A stretch of 64,000 nt of DNA from contig CBKWJC010000009.1 of assembly GCA_966674685.1 (NCBI GenBank), positions 25,490-89,489 of the forward strand, given 5' to 3'. Position numbers and translations under genes: made by a program. The stretch's first letter is position 1. Each line of letters opens with the position of its first letter. The DNA comes from an uncultured bacterium. GTDB taxonomy: Bacteria > Cyanobacteriota > Cyanobacteriia > Phormidesmidales > Phormidesmidaceae. Of this stretch, positions 27,556 through 37,436 are shown one piece after another. The notes below the pieces were generated by a model. That model was not told the origin of the DNA and searched no databases. It saw nothing but the letters and a program-made list of their open reading frames with translations.

Positions 27556-28560
27556 ATGCTCAAACCATCTGAAATTTACAGACTTGTGAATGACTACATT
27601 GGTGTATCTGGAGGATATCTGAATAATTTTTCATATAGAACCCACTATGAGTTCTATCCTTACTATTGTGATTTAGAGATTGATGTAGCTGACTACGAAC
27701 CTGGCACTACACGGGCAAAGTTCATTCGAATACTCGAAGAATCAAATCCATTAGTCCAAGCTAAAATTCTAAGAGGAGTGTTCAAAAAAATTCCTGTTTC
27801 AGCTTTTGAGGAAAAGGATAGAGAGAAAAAACAGGAAATTCATGACGAATATCAGGCGATCATTGCTAGGCTTGAGTCTTTTTCACAAGGTGATAGTAGC
27901 GATTTCAAGAATTTGATCTTTGCTGCGAACGGACCAAAACCTGAAATTGTATTGGTTAATGCAACTACTAACGAAATCAAAATCGTAAAGAATGAAGAGT
28001 ACTGTCTCGTATACGATAGACCATTAACTGAAAAGGGGCTTTTATGGGAGGAATTAGTTGATTGGTGGTGTGATAGAGAGAATTTACAGAGTCAAAATCG
28101 TTCTGAACAGCGACGCGGACTGTTTAATAGATTACAAGCATCCATTGAAGATAACGAACCAGAAAAAATCTTATTTCGAACTTATTATAAAACCTTTTTC
28201 GAAGAGTTGGGAAATAGACTGCCAGCACTAATTCCACAAGTTTACTTACACTATGATCCCTATACCTGTAAGCATCTACAAGGTAAAAAGAGGTTGATTC
28301 GACAAAGAATGGATTTTTTGTTGTTACTTCCGTATGGTAAAAACGTTGTAATTGAGGTGGACGGCAAACAGCATTATTCTGAAAATGGACAATCTAGTCC
28401 TCGTTTATATGCAGAAATGGTTGCAGAGGATAGGCGTTTGAAACTTACGGGTTATGAAGTATACAGATTTGGTGGACATGAGTTCATAGAGACCGAGGAA
28501 CCACAGGAAGCAGTAAGAGAATTTTTCAGAGAATTTTTCAAATTTTTTTCTATTGTTTGA
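27556..28560 (+). CDS. unknown N-terminal region fused to a DUF559/Vsr-like PD-(D/E)xK endonuclease domain
   Basis: The C-terminus reads RMDFLLLLPYGKNVVIEVDGKQHY...EDRRLKLTGYEVYRFGGHEF, matching the D...E-x-D-G-x-x-H...R signature of DUF559. Sampled G+C is 21/60, and the gene contains no HIP1 site. Confidence 0.65.
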   Translation: MLKPSEIYRLVNDYIGVSGGYLNNFSYRTHYEFYPYYCDLEIDVADYEPGTTRAKFIRILEESNPLVQAKILRGVFKKIPVSAFEEKDREKKQEIHDEYQAIIARLESFSQGDSSDFKNLIFAANGPKPEIVLVNATTNEIKIVKNEEYCLVYDRPLTEKGLLWEELVDWWCDRENLQSQNRSEQRRGLFNRLQASIEDNEPEKILFRTYYKTFFEELGNRLPALIPQVYLHYDPYTCKHLQGKKRLIRQRMDFLLLLPYGKNVVIEVDGKQHYSENGQSSPRLYAEMVAEDRRLKLTGYEVYRFGGHEFIETEEPQEAVREFFREFFKFFSIV

Positions 28561-28669
28561 CGCCAACAGTCCGACACTTCACGGCAACGAATAGCCAAAA
28601 GTCGTTGGTGTGCTTTACTGTTATGCAGCATGAGCTAAATTTCTTTTATTTTGAGCTCTATGCAGACCA

Positions 28670-29119
28670 TCATTGGGAGGCAGCGGGTGCTGGCTGGGCT
28701 TGTTCGCAGACAAACTGTAAGACGGCGGCTGCGCTACTGCCAGACTGAGGTTGGGTTAGGGGGCCAGCGTCATCATAGTTAATGCGCTGGATTACCTGTT
28801 GTTCCTGATCACGTGCAACAATTCGTCTGAGCCGCGAAACACCGCCAGCACAATCAGCAGAGCGATATAGCATGACACTGTAAACAGGTTTCTCCAGATC
28901 AACTCCGACAAAGGCATCGTTCGGTTGAGGAAAACTGCGGTTTTCCCAATACCAAACCGCTCCGTCCCGAACTTCAATGGAGTTGCGCTCTACCATAAAG
29001 CGATCGCCCACCACATTGCGCGTAACCTCTACCCAATCGACTTCAGAAGATTGAGCCAACGCACCAGAAGCGCTGACAGCAGACAGAATTGCAGTCAAAC
29101 CAATAAGCAACGTTTTCAT
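28670..29119 (-). CDS. secreted protein, unknown function
   Basis: 149 aa with the signal peptide MKTLLIGLTAILSAVSASGALA. Confidence 0.6.
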   Translation of the reverse strand: MKTLLIGLTAILSAVSASGALAQSSEVDWVEVTRNVVGDRFMVERNSIEVRDGAVWYWENRSFPQPNDAFVGVDLEKPVYSVMLYRSADCAGGVSRLRRIVARDQEQQVIQRINYDDAGPLTQPQSGSSAAAVLQFVCEQAQPAPAASQ

Positions 29120-29144
29120 AAGCTACTGGGGATTAAAACTGAGA

Positions 29145-29843
29145 TTAACGATCAGACGCATCTTCAGAAGGGTTCGTGCGATACTGCTCAACATTTTGGA
29201 TAGCTTGTTGAGCATAGGAATTATTGGGGCGTTCATCTAATGCCCGCTGAAAATAGATCAGTGCGGTTGCATAATCGCGTTCCTGGGTAGCGGCATAGCC
29301 TGCTGCCATATAGCGATCAAACTCAGATGTTTGGGGTGGCTGTTGTCCTGACGATGGAGAAGATTGAGGCGCTGCTGCCGCTGTCGCATTGCCTCGCTGT
29401 CCCTCATAAGCACTCACAACCCTCTGAACATAATCTGCAATTTCAGAACTGTTGTATTGAGACGGGTCACCGCGCATCCACCAAGCAGCAGATCGACGCA
29501 CCGCTAGTATTTCATTGTTGCCGCTCGCCGCATACTCATCTTGCAGCACGTCGCGCATTACGCAAGTCACAACCGAACGGGCGATATCTGGGCTAGCCTC
29601 AAACTCAGTTGGTGAAAGCTCTCGACCGATGCAGGAGCGCGACCACCGGGGAATGTTACCGGGCATAATTTGCCAATCGCTGTAGAGTCCGTCATCTGCA
29701 CGCCCCGTTTGAGGTGCGGCTTGACGAAGCGCCTCAACCAAGGCGGAAACTTGACGATCTGAGACTTGTGCCTGGGCGGGTAGCGTTCCCGCTGCTAGGA
29801 TTACGCCAAGGCTGACGATCAGTTTGCCAATGGGTACTCGCAT
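29145..29843 (-). CDS. secreted protein with a C-terminal TPR-like motif
   Basis: A signal peptide follows MRVPIGK. YATALIYFQRALDERPNNSYAQQ is TPR-like. The ORF extends to 29864. Confidence 0.55.
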   Translation of the reverse strand: MRVPIGKLIVSLGVILAAGTLPAQAQVSDRQVSALVEALRQAAPQTGRADDGLYSDWQIMPGNIPRWSRSCIGRELSPTEFEASPDIARSVVTCVMRDVLQDEYAASGNNEILAVRRSAAWWMRGDPSQYNSSEIADYVQRVVSAYEGQRGNATAAAAPQSSPSSGQQPPQTSEFDRYMAAGYAATQERDYATALIYFQRALDERPNNSYAQQAIQNVEQYRTNPSEDASDR

Positions 29844-29932
29844 GACTCTACATCTATATCCCAAGTAGCTTTTAGATCGGATTTTACACTCATTACCTGA
29901 CGCCTGCCATTGATCGTTTGTCAGGTGTTTTT

Positions 29933-30469
29933 TTATCTCTTGCCGCCTTTTTCAGTGCCAGGGCAACTGTATTGGCTCAGCGTCAATACTAAGTCATCGC
30001 CATGTTTTGTGAATTCGCTTCTGTCTGAAGATTTTAGGTGAACTGGAGAGTCCCGCGTTAGATTGCGACCAAACCAGGTAATCGCCACGACGCATTCGTC
30101 CGAACCCACTCCCCAATGCTCGTAGTCAGTTGTACTGTCGTAGGGCATATCAGCGCCTACATACCATGCACCCGCTAACCCTTCTGGCCGAGTATTTTCG
30201 TTTACATCGGCGGGAAAATTGCCTGTTTCTAGGCGGTACATTTCTAATTCATCGCGCATAGTATCCATCTTGACGCGAGCTTCTGCATAATAAGCTTTTT
30301 GCTGCATATTCAATACGCTTGGCCAGGCAATTGTGGCCAGGATACCGAGCACAAACGTAACAATTAAAACTTCCAGTAGCGTCATACCGTCATCACCAGC
30401 AGCGGGTTGCTGCTGGCGTTGAAGGACGTATATCCACCATAAAAATGAGTTGGGCTGACGGTAATTCAT
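29933..30469 (-). CDS. prepilin-type N-terminal cleavage/methylation domain protein (type IV pilin-like)
   Basis: The leader ends GDDG and is followed by MTLLEVLIVTFVLGILATIAWP (G/xTLxE motif plus a hydrophobic helix). Confidence 0.75.
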   Translation of the reverse strand: MNYRQPNSFLWWIYVLQRQQQPAAGDDGMTLLEVLIVTFVLGILATIAWPSVLNMQQKAYYAEARVKMDTMRDELEMYRLETGNFPADVNENTRPEGLAGAWYVGADMPYDSTTDYEHWGVGSDECVVAITWFGRNLTRDSPVHLKSSDRSEFTKHGDDLVLTLSQYSCPGTEKGGKR

Positions 30470-30893
30470 GGTGCAAGCCTTTAGAGCTTCTTTGAGAGGA
30501 TACTGGTCTAGCCAAAGGAGACTTGAGCGATAGACCTTGGCTTAGGATTGTTGAATCAAGGTTCTAAAGACTTATGCAGATGTTTTGCGGTAAAACCGGA
30601 GAATTTACTGAATCTTTATACAATAAAAGGAAAATGCGAGATCCTTTGAGTATAAATACTGATCACCTAAGGGCTAATTTGGGGATTCTGCCCCAAGAAA
30701 GACCAGTAAATCGCTAAAATTCGGCAAAATCGAGAGTAATGTGAAATCCGATTCACATGATCCGGTTTGGTTTTGGCAAATGGCAGAGATGCCTTGTTGT
30801 CAAATGCTCAAGCTGGTTGTTGTGAACGGATTTGCTAGCAGACGGTCTCTCCTTTCTCGTTGCCTATTATTAGCCGCTTGTTCATTGTTTGCT

Positions 30894-32012
30894 ATGGATA
30901 TTGACCACGTTCACTTCTACGTGAAACAGGCAGAGGTGACTCGTCATCAACTGGTGCATATCTTGGGCTGTCGTCCCATCGCGACCCAAACGACTGCAAC
31001 TTGTTACACAGAAATATTTCAGCAGAACCATATTGCGATCGCGTTTTCCACGCCGCTTCAGTCTCAAGGAGTCGTGGCAGATTATCTGCGGCGTCATCCA
31101 GCGGGAATTGCTGAAGTGGGGCTGCGGGTGCGTGATTTAGATCGAGTGATGGCAACTGCGATCGCGGCGGGGGCGGAGCAGTTGACGCCGATTCAGACTC
31201 ACACGGAGGAACAGGGTCAGCTTCGATGGGCCAAAATTCGCGGCTGGGGCGATCTGGTTCATCTCTTGGTGGAGCGGCAGGGACAGACTCCGTTGATGCC
31301 GGGGTTTCCGCTGGCAGCTCATTCATCTCAAGCCGAAGCTAAATTGGCGACCCAATCAGGCGGGCAACTGCTGCGGATTGATCATGCGGTGCTGAATGTG
31401 GCGCAGGGAGATTTAGGCGGTGCAGTGAGCTGGTATGAGTCGGTGCTCGGATTTGAGAGACAGCGGCAGTTTGCGATTCAAACGCTCCATTCTGGTTTAC
31501 GGAGCCAGGTGCTCAATCATCCAGACGGAACTGCCCAGATTCCCATCAATGAGCCAACCTCGGCCACCTCGCAGATCCAGGAGTTTCTGGATGAAAATCG
31601 CGGTGCGGGGATTCAGCATGTGGCTCTGGAGACGACTGATATTGTGGCGGCGGTCAGGCGACTGCGTCAGCAGGGCATGGAGTTTTTATCGGTGCCTGAT
31701 GCTTACTATCAGCAGGTCGAAGATCGGGTAGATCGCGCTTTACGGCGGGTTGATTGGTCCGCGATCGCAGCTCAAGAAATTCTGGTTGATCAGTCAGAAG
31801 ATGCGCCAGAGGCCATGCTGCTGCAAATTTTTACCCAGCCGATTTTTGCCGAACCGACCTTTTTCTTTGAGCTGATTCAGCGGCAAACGGTTGACCTAGC
31901 TGGCCGCCGACAGCAGGCTGTTGGTTTTGGCGAAGGCAACTTTCAAGCGCTATTTGAAGCGATTGAACGAGAGCAGCAGGTGCGCCAACTAATCCCGATG
32001 CATGATGAATAG
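30894..32012 (+). CDS. hppD: 4-hydroxyphenylpyruvate dioxygenase
   Basis: Two VOC modules are present (IDHVHFYV and IDHAVLNV), with GIQHVAL and the C-terminal FFELIQR...GFGEGNFQALFEAIEREQ. The ORF opens at 30741, and the ATG at 30894 is the likelier start. Confidence 0.9.
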   Translation: MDIDHVHFYVKQAEVTRHQLVHILGCRPIATQTTATCYTEIFQQNHIAIAFSTPLQSQGVVADYLRRHPAGIAEVGLRVRDLDRVMATAIAAGAEQLTPIQTHTEEQGQLRWAKIRGWGDLVHLLVERQGQTPLMPGFPLAAHSSQAEAKLATQSGGQLLRIDHAVLNVAQGDLGGAVSWYESVLGFERQRQFAIQTLHSGLRSQVLNHPDGTAQIPINEPTSATSQIQEFLDENRGAGIQHVALETTDIVAAVRRLRQQGMEFLSVPDAYYQQVEDRVDRALRRVDWSAIAAQEILVDQSEDAPEAMLLQIFTQPIFAEPTFFFELIQRQTVDLAGRRQQAVGFGEGNFQALFEAIEREQQVRQLIPMHDE

Positions 32013-32444
32013 GGGCAGGCGAAACAGCGTTGCCAGCAGATGCGTGATGCGAAATTTGCGGCGAATGGCGCTGGGTAAGGTTTGCCAGTTGACTACGTGA
32101 AACCCGAATTGGCTGTAAAACTGAGCGAGCTTCTGTCCCAAGCACTCTAGATAAAGCGGTTTAGTGGCCTGCTGGATCAGATGTTCGGTTAACATGCGCC
32201 CCAATCCGCGATCGCGCCAGTCCGAGCGCACCACTAAACTCCCCAATTCTTGAGCGTCGCCAAAGTCGCGCAGTTGACCGCAGGCAATCACCTGTCCGTC
32301 CTGTTCAATCACCCAAAACTGCTGCCAGCGAATCTGCGTCGGGTCGAGTTTGGCCGCAAAGACGAGTTTACGGATTGGCCAAAGATCTTGAGCAGTGGCC
32401 AGCCGAATCGGGTATGGATCAAACTGAGGTTGCATACGTGCCAA
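31989..32444 (-). CDS. GNAT-family N-acetyltransferase
   Basis: 151 aa with the acetyl-CoA binding motif VRSDWRDRGLGRML. Its 3' end overlaps the hppD 3' end. Confidence 0.75.
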   Translation of the reverse strand: MARMQPQFDPYPIRLATAQDLWPIRKLVFAAKLDPTQIRWQQFWVIEQDGQVIACGQLRDFGDAQELGSLVVRSDWRDRGLGRMLTEHLIQQATKPLYLECLGQKLAQFYSQFGFHVVNWQTLPSAIRRKFRITHLLATLFRLPLFIMHRD

Positions 32445-32807
32445 TCAGTCTGTAATTGGACAAGCGCAGTCAGCCTGGGCTAGCCAGCGATGGCCGACAT
32501 CGTAGAGGGCAACGAGGACGGGCTGAATTTCTCGCCCTTTTGCCGTCAGCGAATATTCAACGTGGGGTGGAATCTCGGCATAGACGCGGCGCTCAATCAG
32601 TCCGTGCCGCTCCAGTTCTTTCAGGCGCACCATCAGCGTTTTGGTGCTGAGTCCCGGCAGGCGATCCGTGAAATCATGGGTGCGACAGTTGCCTGCAAAG
32701 AGTTCCCGCAGAATTAAAATTGCCCATTTACTGCCAATTAGATCCACAACAAACTGGATGGGACACTGCGGTTTATCATGATCGATTTGGGATAGCGGTT
32801 GATGCAT
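32445..32807 (-). CDS. HxlR-family winged-helix transcriptional regulator
   Basis: CPIQFVVDLIGSKWAILILREL...LSTKTLMVRLKELERHGLIERRVY...VEYSLT is a canonical HxlR signature. Confidence 0.9.
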   Translation of the reverse strand: MHQPLSQIDHDKPQCPIQFVVDLIGSKWAILILRELFAGNCRTHDFTDRLPGLSTKTLMVRLKELERHGLIERRVYAEIPPHVEYSLTAKGREIQPVLVALYDVGHRWLAQADCACPITD

Positions 32808-33089
32808 AGGCGCGATCGCACAGGGTTGCTTCTACTATGATCCTCTTGATACCCATGGAACTTGAGCCATTTCCATCTGAGTCTTAATAATTCTTTTCAG
32901 TCCTGTCTAGCCTCGATACAGCCCTAATTTTTTACTGTGAGTAACTAAGTGTAAGTCGCGTAACGGACTTGTAGTTCTCTGCGGAATCTAGGACGATCAG
33001 GACAGACAAGGAACAAGTCTCCTAATGTGTTGATGGCAGCACATTTTGCCCATTGCACAATTCATCCACAATTTTGCAAAGGGGGCATC

Positions 33090-33272
33090 ATGCAGGTTAA
33101 CGTTTCTCACCAAGATGGACTCCAGTTCATCGCCTCAGCACGGTCTCACCAAATCGTTAGTGATCAGCCCTTTGATAATGGAGGTTGCGATCGCGGTATG
33201 ACGCCGCCGGAATGGCTACTGGCGGCATTAGGCAGTTGTGCCAGAGAGAAAACCACCGTTATTACCGTCTGA
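33090..33272 (+). pseudogene. OsmC-family peroxiredoxin-like gene, 3'-truncated
   Basis: MQVNVSHQDGLQF...DQPFDNGGCDRGMTPPEWLLAALGSCA matches the first half of OsmC-like proteins. It then diverges and stops after 60 aa. The gene is divergent from the HxlR regulator. Confidence 0.6.
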
Positions 33273-33369
33273 TATTGCTGTCTGACATTCTGTTGCAAAT
33301 ACAGACTTAAACGTTGCGATCGCGCAATACTAGGTGTGAGTTGTTGCTCACCCAATCTGCGTTTGCCCC

Positions 33370-34743
33370 ATGACCGAGACAGCCTTCAACTTTTGGCAGC
33401 ACTGGTATCCCATTGCTCCCGTTATGGATTTGGATGTCCGCCGCCCCATGCCGATCATGCTGCTGGGGCAGCGATTTGTAGTTTGGAATGCAGGCACAGT
33501 CAGCAGACAATCGGATAATGGGCAATCTGCCAAGTCAGCCAGCACCGAGACCAATTCGCCACAGTTTCGCGTGTTTCGCGACCAGTGCCCCCATCGGCTT
33601 GCGCCGCTGAGTGAGGGGCGCGTAGATGAAAAGACCGGACATTTGATGTGCAGCTATCACGGCTGGCAGTTTGATGCGGAGGGTGTTTGCACTCGAATTC
33701 CCCAAGCGGACAATCCAGAGATTGTGACGAAAAACCGCGATGCCTACTGCGTTGCGGCACTGCCCACGCAGGTTGCCAACGGGTTACTGTGGGTCTGGCC
33801 CGATGCCGAGTCAGCCGCGCAGGCTCATGAGCATCCCTTACCGCTGTCTGAGCAAATTGATGCAGAGAAGGGCTTTGTCCATTCCTCAATGGTGCGCGAT
33901 TTGGCCTATGACTGGCAGACGCTGATTGAGAACGTGGCTGATCCGGCTCATGTCCAGTTTGCCCATCACGGCTTGCAGGGCAATCGCGATCGGGCGCGTC
34001 CGATTCCCATTGAAGTCGTAAAGTCCACACCCGACTACATTGAAGTTGTGGTTAATCGGGCACCCAAAACTCGCATTATGTTTGAGCCGCCCTGTCGGTT
34101 GGAATATGAGATGCAGTTTGATACCGAGCGCCAGGTGGGATTGATTGCCTATTGCGTACCCGTTGCGCCAGGGCAGTCGCGCATCGTGGCTCAGTTTTCG
34201 CGCAATTTTGCGACCCAAATGCAGCGCTGGTCGCCCCGCTGGCTGGAACATCTGCGCGTTCGTCATCCCATTTTGGACGGCGATATGATTCTGCTGCATG
34301 AGCAGGAACGCTTTCTGCACCAGCGCCATGCCACAGAAACCTGGAAAACGGCCTATCGGTTGCCTACCCAATCCGATCGGTTGGTGATCGAATTTCGTCG
34401 TTGGTTGGATCGCTATGCTCCGTTACGACCCTGGGGCACGCTCGATACTGCCCAGTGGACGCTGCCGAATCGACAGCAGTTGCTTGACCGCTATCATCAG
34501 CACACGCTGATTTGCAGCAGTTGCCGCTCAGCCTTACAAACCATTCAGCGCATTAAGCTGGGCCTGTTGATATTTTGTGCCCTTGCAATTGCGATCGCAG
34601 CTTTAACGCCAGATGCTCAGCGGCTTTGGCTAGGGTTGCCTCTAGTCCTGCTTGCGTTACTGGCTCTGGCTGGGTATGGTTGGTTGAAATATCGGCTAGA
34701 GCCGCAGTTTTATTTTGTGGATTACGTACACGCGGATCGCTAA
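33370..34743 (+). CDS. Rieske [2Fe-2S] oxygenase of the PAO/Tic55-like family
   Basis: It has the Rieske motifs CPHRLAPL and CSYHGWQF, the mononuclear-iron region DPAHVQFAHH, and C-terminal TM helices preceded by CSSC. Confidence 0.85.
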   Translation: MTETAFNFWQHWYPIAPVMDLDVRRPMPIMLLGQRFVVWNAGTVSRQSDNGQSAKSASTETNSPQFRVFRDQCPHRLAPLSEGRVDEKTGHLMCSYHGWQFDAEGVCTRIPQADNPEIVTKNRDAYCVAALPTQVANGLLWVWPDAESAAQAHEHPLPLSEQIDAEKGFVHSSMVRDLAYDWQTLIENVADPAHVQFAHHGLQGNRDRARPIPIEVVKSTPDYIEVVVNRAPKTRIMFEPPCRLEYEMQFDTERQVGLIAYCVPVAPGQSRIVAQFSRNFATQMQRWSPRWLEHLRVRHPILDGDMILLHEQERFLHQRHATETWKTAYRLPTQSDRLVIEFRRWLDRYAPLRPWGTLDTAQWTLPNRQQLLDRYHQHTLICSSCRSALQTIQRIKLGLLIFCALAIAIAALTPDAQRLWLGLPLVLLALLALAGYGWLKYRLEPQFYFVDYVHADR

Positions 34744-34760
34744 TTCGTTAAACCTAAAAT

Positions 34761-35108
34761 ATGACAGAAGAACAGCATCAGGGACAGGACGCTTCCCCAG
34801 TTACCGATTCATCGATTCCGGCTGAAGAACTGGAGCAGGCGGCAACCCGCATCCAGGATCTATTAATTGATCTGGCGGAATCGTTTCCCCTAACGACTGG
34901 CACCGATCGCAGGCTGTTTTTAGAGAAATTAGCTCAAGCGAGCCACGGTTTACCGGAAGTTTGCCAAATCCTCACAACTGCGGGACTGGACTACGTGCGT
35001 ACCCTCTGTCCAACAGCAGGCGTTCCGCCCACAATGGCGCGTCGCATCTACGAAATTTTGCAGCAGAACAGCGCTAATGCTGATTCTGCGGGCGAATCGA
35101 CTGCTTGA
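34761..35108 (+). CDS. hypothetical protein
   Basis: 115-aa ORF that starts 18 nt after the Rieske gene stop. Confidence 0.45.
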   Translation: MTEEQHQGQDASPVTDSSIPAEELEQAATRIQDLLIDLAESFPLTTGTDRRLFLEKLAQASHGLPEVCQILTTAGLDYVRTLCPTAGVPPTMARRIYEILQQNSANADSAGESTA

Positions 35109-35112
35109 ATTG

Positions 35113-35940
35113 TCAAAGAACAATTTCTTCTATTTCATCAAGAGACAGTGGAACTGCGATTAACTCTGGGCTTTGCGGTTGGGTATCAAGCCGATAGCAG
35201 CGGATGGCGTGGGAACAGCGATCGCAGTTGCCGTCTTCTAGATCAACCTGGGGAAATTCAACTCCCTGCTGATAGTCCTGCTGCCACTGCGTGAGCTGCG
35301 TGAGTAGGATAGCTAACTGCTGATGAGTTTGCTCATGCCAAGTGCGGCTATAAGAAAAGCGATCGCACTGTGGTTTATAGACAGGCCGATCAGAGGCATC
35401 GGATTCGTCTGATTGTCCGGCTCTGGTAAACCAGTAGGTCATCGAAATCTGTTCTGGCTCTAGATCAGCGGTTTCGGCCAGCACGTAGAGATAGAGCCGC
35501 GTTTGCCAATCTCGCGCTAAGCGATCGCGATTGTGCGGTCTGGGATAGGTCTTCCAATCGAGAATTTGAGCCTGATTGGGTTCCAGCAGCAGGAGGTCAT
35601 ACACAACGGTTAGTAGGTAGCCTTGCACCTCCAGCGTGCGGCGATGTTCACTCTGACGGAACTGATCGGCAGTTGGCGTAAACACATCGGGAGCCGCTGC
35701 AATCAGAGCCTGCATGGCCTGGGATAGCTCGTATTCTGACTGAGCTGGTACATCCAAGGGTAAACCTAACTCGCGCTGCTGCATGAGCAAGTGAAAATGC
35801 TGTCCCCACTCCATGCGCTGCTGCTGTTCCGGCGTCGGCGGAGTCCGCAACTGATCCAGGTACGTGTGCTGAAACTTGCGGGGACACTGCTCAAGCAGGT
35901 TGAGATGACCTTGAGACAAATGGGTGAGAGGTTCGCTCAT
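35113..35940 (-). CDS. PD-(D/E)XK nuclease-family protein (RecB/Cas4-like with a Cys cluster)
   Basis: N-terminal Cys in LEQCPRKF, the core VVYDLLLLE...ILDWKTY, and the C-terminal CDRCSHAIRC cluster. Confidence 0.7.
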   Translation of the reverse strand: MSEPLTHLSQGHLNLLEQCPRKFQHTYLDQLRTPPTPEQQQRMEWGQHFHLLMQQRELGLPLDVPAQSEYELSQAMQALIAAAPDVFTPTADQFRQSEHRRTLEVQGYLLTVVYDLLLLEPNQAQILDWKTYPRPHNRDRLARDWQTRLYLYVLAETADLEPEQISMTYWFTRAGQSDESDASDRPVYKPQCDRFSYSRTWHEQTHQQLAILLTQLTQWQQDYQQGVEFPQVDLEDGNCDRCSHAIRCYRLDTQPQSPELIAVPLSLDEIEEIVL

Positions 35941-35948
35941 CGTTCAGT

Positions 35949-36506
35949 TCACGATTTTGGGGTTAATAAATGCGCGATCGCAACGTTCAGCTCCGGCAGC
36001 GCCAATGGTGACACGTTTCCTGATGCTTGACGAGTCACAGACTGGTAGCGTCCATCCAGCGGTTCGCGATGCAGCCAAAGCTGCTGATTAGGAACGTCAA
36101 TGACCCAGTATTCCCGAATTTCAGCACGAGCATATAGATCTGCTTTTTCACCTAAATCGTAGGCTAGCGTAGAATTTGAGACTTCAATCAGCCAATAGCT
36201 ATCCGCTGGCACTGGATGGCGCTCATCATAGCGGCTTTCGGGTGGTACAGCGATGCAGATATCCGGCTGGGGTTCGCTGTTACTAGATAGCGTAATCGGT
36301 GCGGTTGTAAACACAACGGCGCGATCGCACAACATGGATTCTAAGTAGCGAGCGCCACGACGATAGATTGCTCGATGAATTGGCAGTTCTGGAGCCATAT
36401 CAACAATGTCACCATCAAGTAGCTCAACTTGGCGACCTGCTAATACACCAGCCGCAATCATACGGTGGTAATCTGTGACTTTCCATTTGGTTGAGGTTCT
36501 GGCCAT
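35949..36506 (-). CDS. Uma2-family (DUF820) endonuclease
   Basis: YHRMIAAGVL...VELLDGDIVDMAPE and the ...IEVSNSTL...D...K..YA pattern are typical of cyanobacterial Uma2 proteins. Confidence 0.8.
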   Translation of the reverse strand: MARTSTKWKVTDYHRMIAAGVLAGRQVELLDGDIVDMAPELPIHRAIYRRGARYLESMLCDRAVVFTTAPITLSSNSEPQPDICIAVPPESRYDERHPVPADSYWLIEVSNSTLAYDLGEKADLYARAEIREYWVIDVPNQQLWLHREPLDGRYQSVTRQASGNVSPLALPELNVAIAHLLTPKS

Positions 36507-36640
36507 CGAGCTAATTATAGTGAAAGGCTAGATAGAACACGATTTGTCAATCAACTAACAGGATACGTTTCCATAATCACAGCCAACCGATTTAGGCGCA
36601 GTCGTTTTACACAGACTCGCTACACTCTATTGATAGCGTT

Positions 36641-37351
36641 TTGTCATCGCAAATGGTTGTAAAACTTCAACAGGTTGTTCCCTTCGGTCGCTCTCTGGAC
36701 GAGTATCGCAAAATTTTTAATCTAACCGATGCCGACTTGCAGCGGCGCATCATCGGCATAGGCGATGGGCCAGCCAGCTTCAATGCCGAAGCGACGGCAC
36801 TGGGCGCGTCTGTCCTGTCGGTTGATCCCATTTACCAATTTAGCGGAACCGATATCCTAGAGCGCTTCAATACCGTTGTGGACGACATCATTACACAGGT
36901 GGCAGCAACGTCTCATGACTACGTCTGGGGCTATCACCGTTCCCCCGCAGATTTGCGCCAGAGTCGCAGCCAAACCATCCAGCGATTTATTCAGGACTAT
37001 GACCAGGGCCAGCGCGAGGGCCGCTATCAGGTGCAGACGCTGCCCAGTTTAGACATCGCCGATAATGCGTTTGACCTAGCGCTGTGCTCCCATCTGCTGT
37101 TTCTGTACTCCGACCATTTTGATACCGCGTTTCATATTGACTCGATTCGCGACATGCTGCGCGTCAGTCCAGAAGTGCGAATTTTTCCGCTGCTGACGCT
37201 GGATTTATTGAGATCGCAACACCTTGATCCCGTTATCAAAACTTTTACTGAAGCGGGATACAGCGTTGAACAGGTGCCAGTGGGGTACGAGTTCCAGAAA
37301 GGTGCCAATCAGATGCTAAGAATCGTACGACCTGCGTTCAACATCGCATGA
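36641..37351 (+). CDS. probable class I SAM-dependent methyltransferase
   Basis: 236 aa with a TTG start. IIGIGDGPASF resembles SAM-binding motif I. This is a weak call. Confidence 0.5.
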   Translation: MSSQMVVKLQQVVPFGRSLDEYRKIFNLTDADLQRRIIGIGDGPASFNAEATALGASVLSVDPIYQFSGTDILERFNTVVDDIITQVAATSHDYVWGYHRSPADLRQSRSQTIQRFIQDYDQGQREGRYQVQTLPSLDIADNAFDLALCSHLLFLYSDHFDTAFHIDSIRDMLRVSPEVRIFPLLTLDLLRSQHLDPVIKTFTEAGYSVEQVPVGYEFQKGANQMLRIVRPAFNIA

Positions 37352-37436
37352 GCCGATAACATTAATGCGGTTGTCGCAATTGCCCCATCCAAGATGCAGG
37401 ATGGTACAATAAGTCGTACATCAGTCGAGGTTACCA

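Noticed and set aside
28557-28748. 63-aa plus-strand ORF overlapping the stop of the DUF559-fusion gene.
   Set aside because: It runs into the 3' end of the convergent secreted-protein gene. It has no RBS or motif and is probably spurious.
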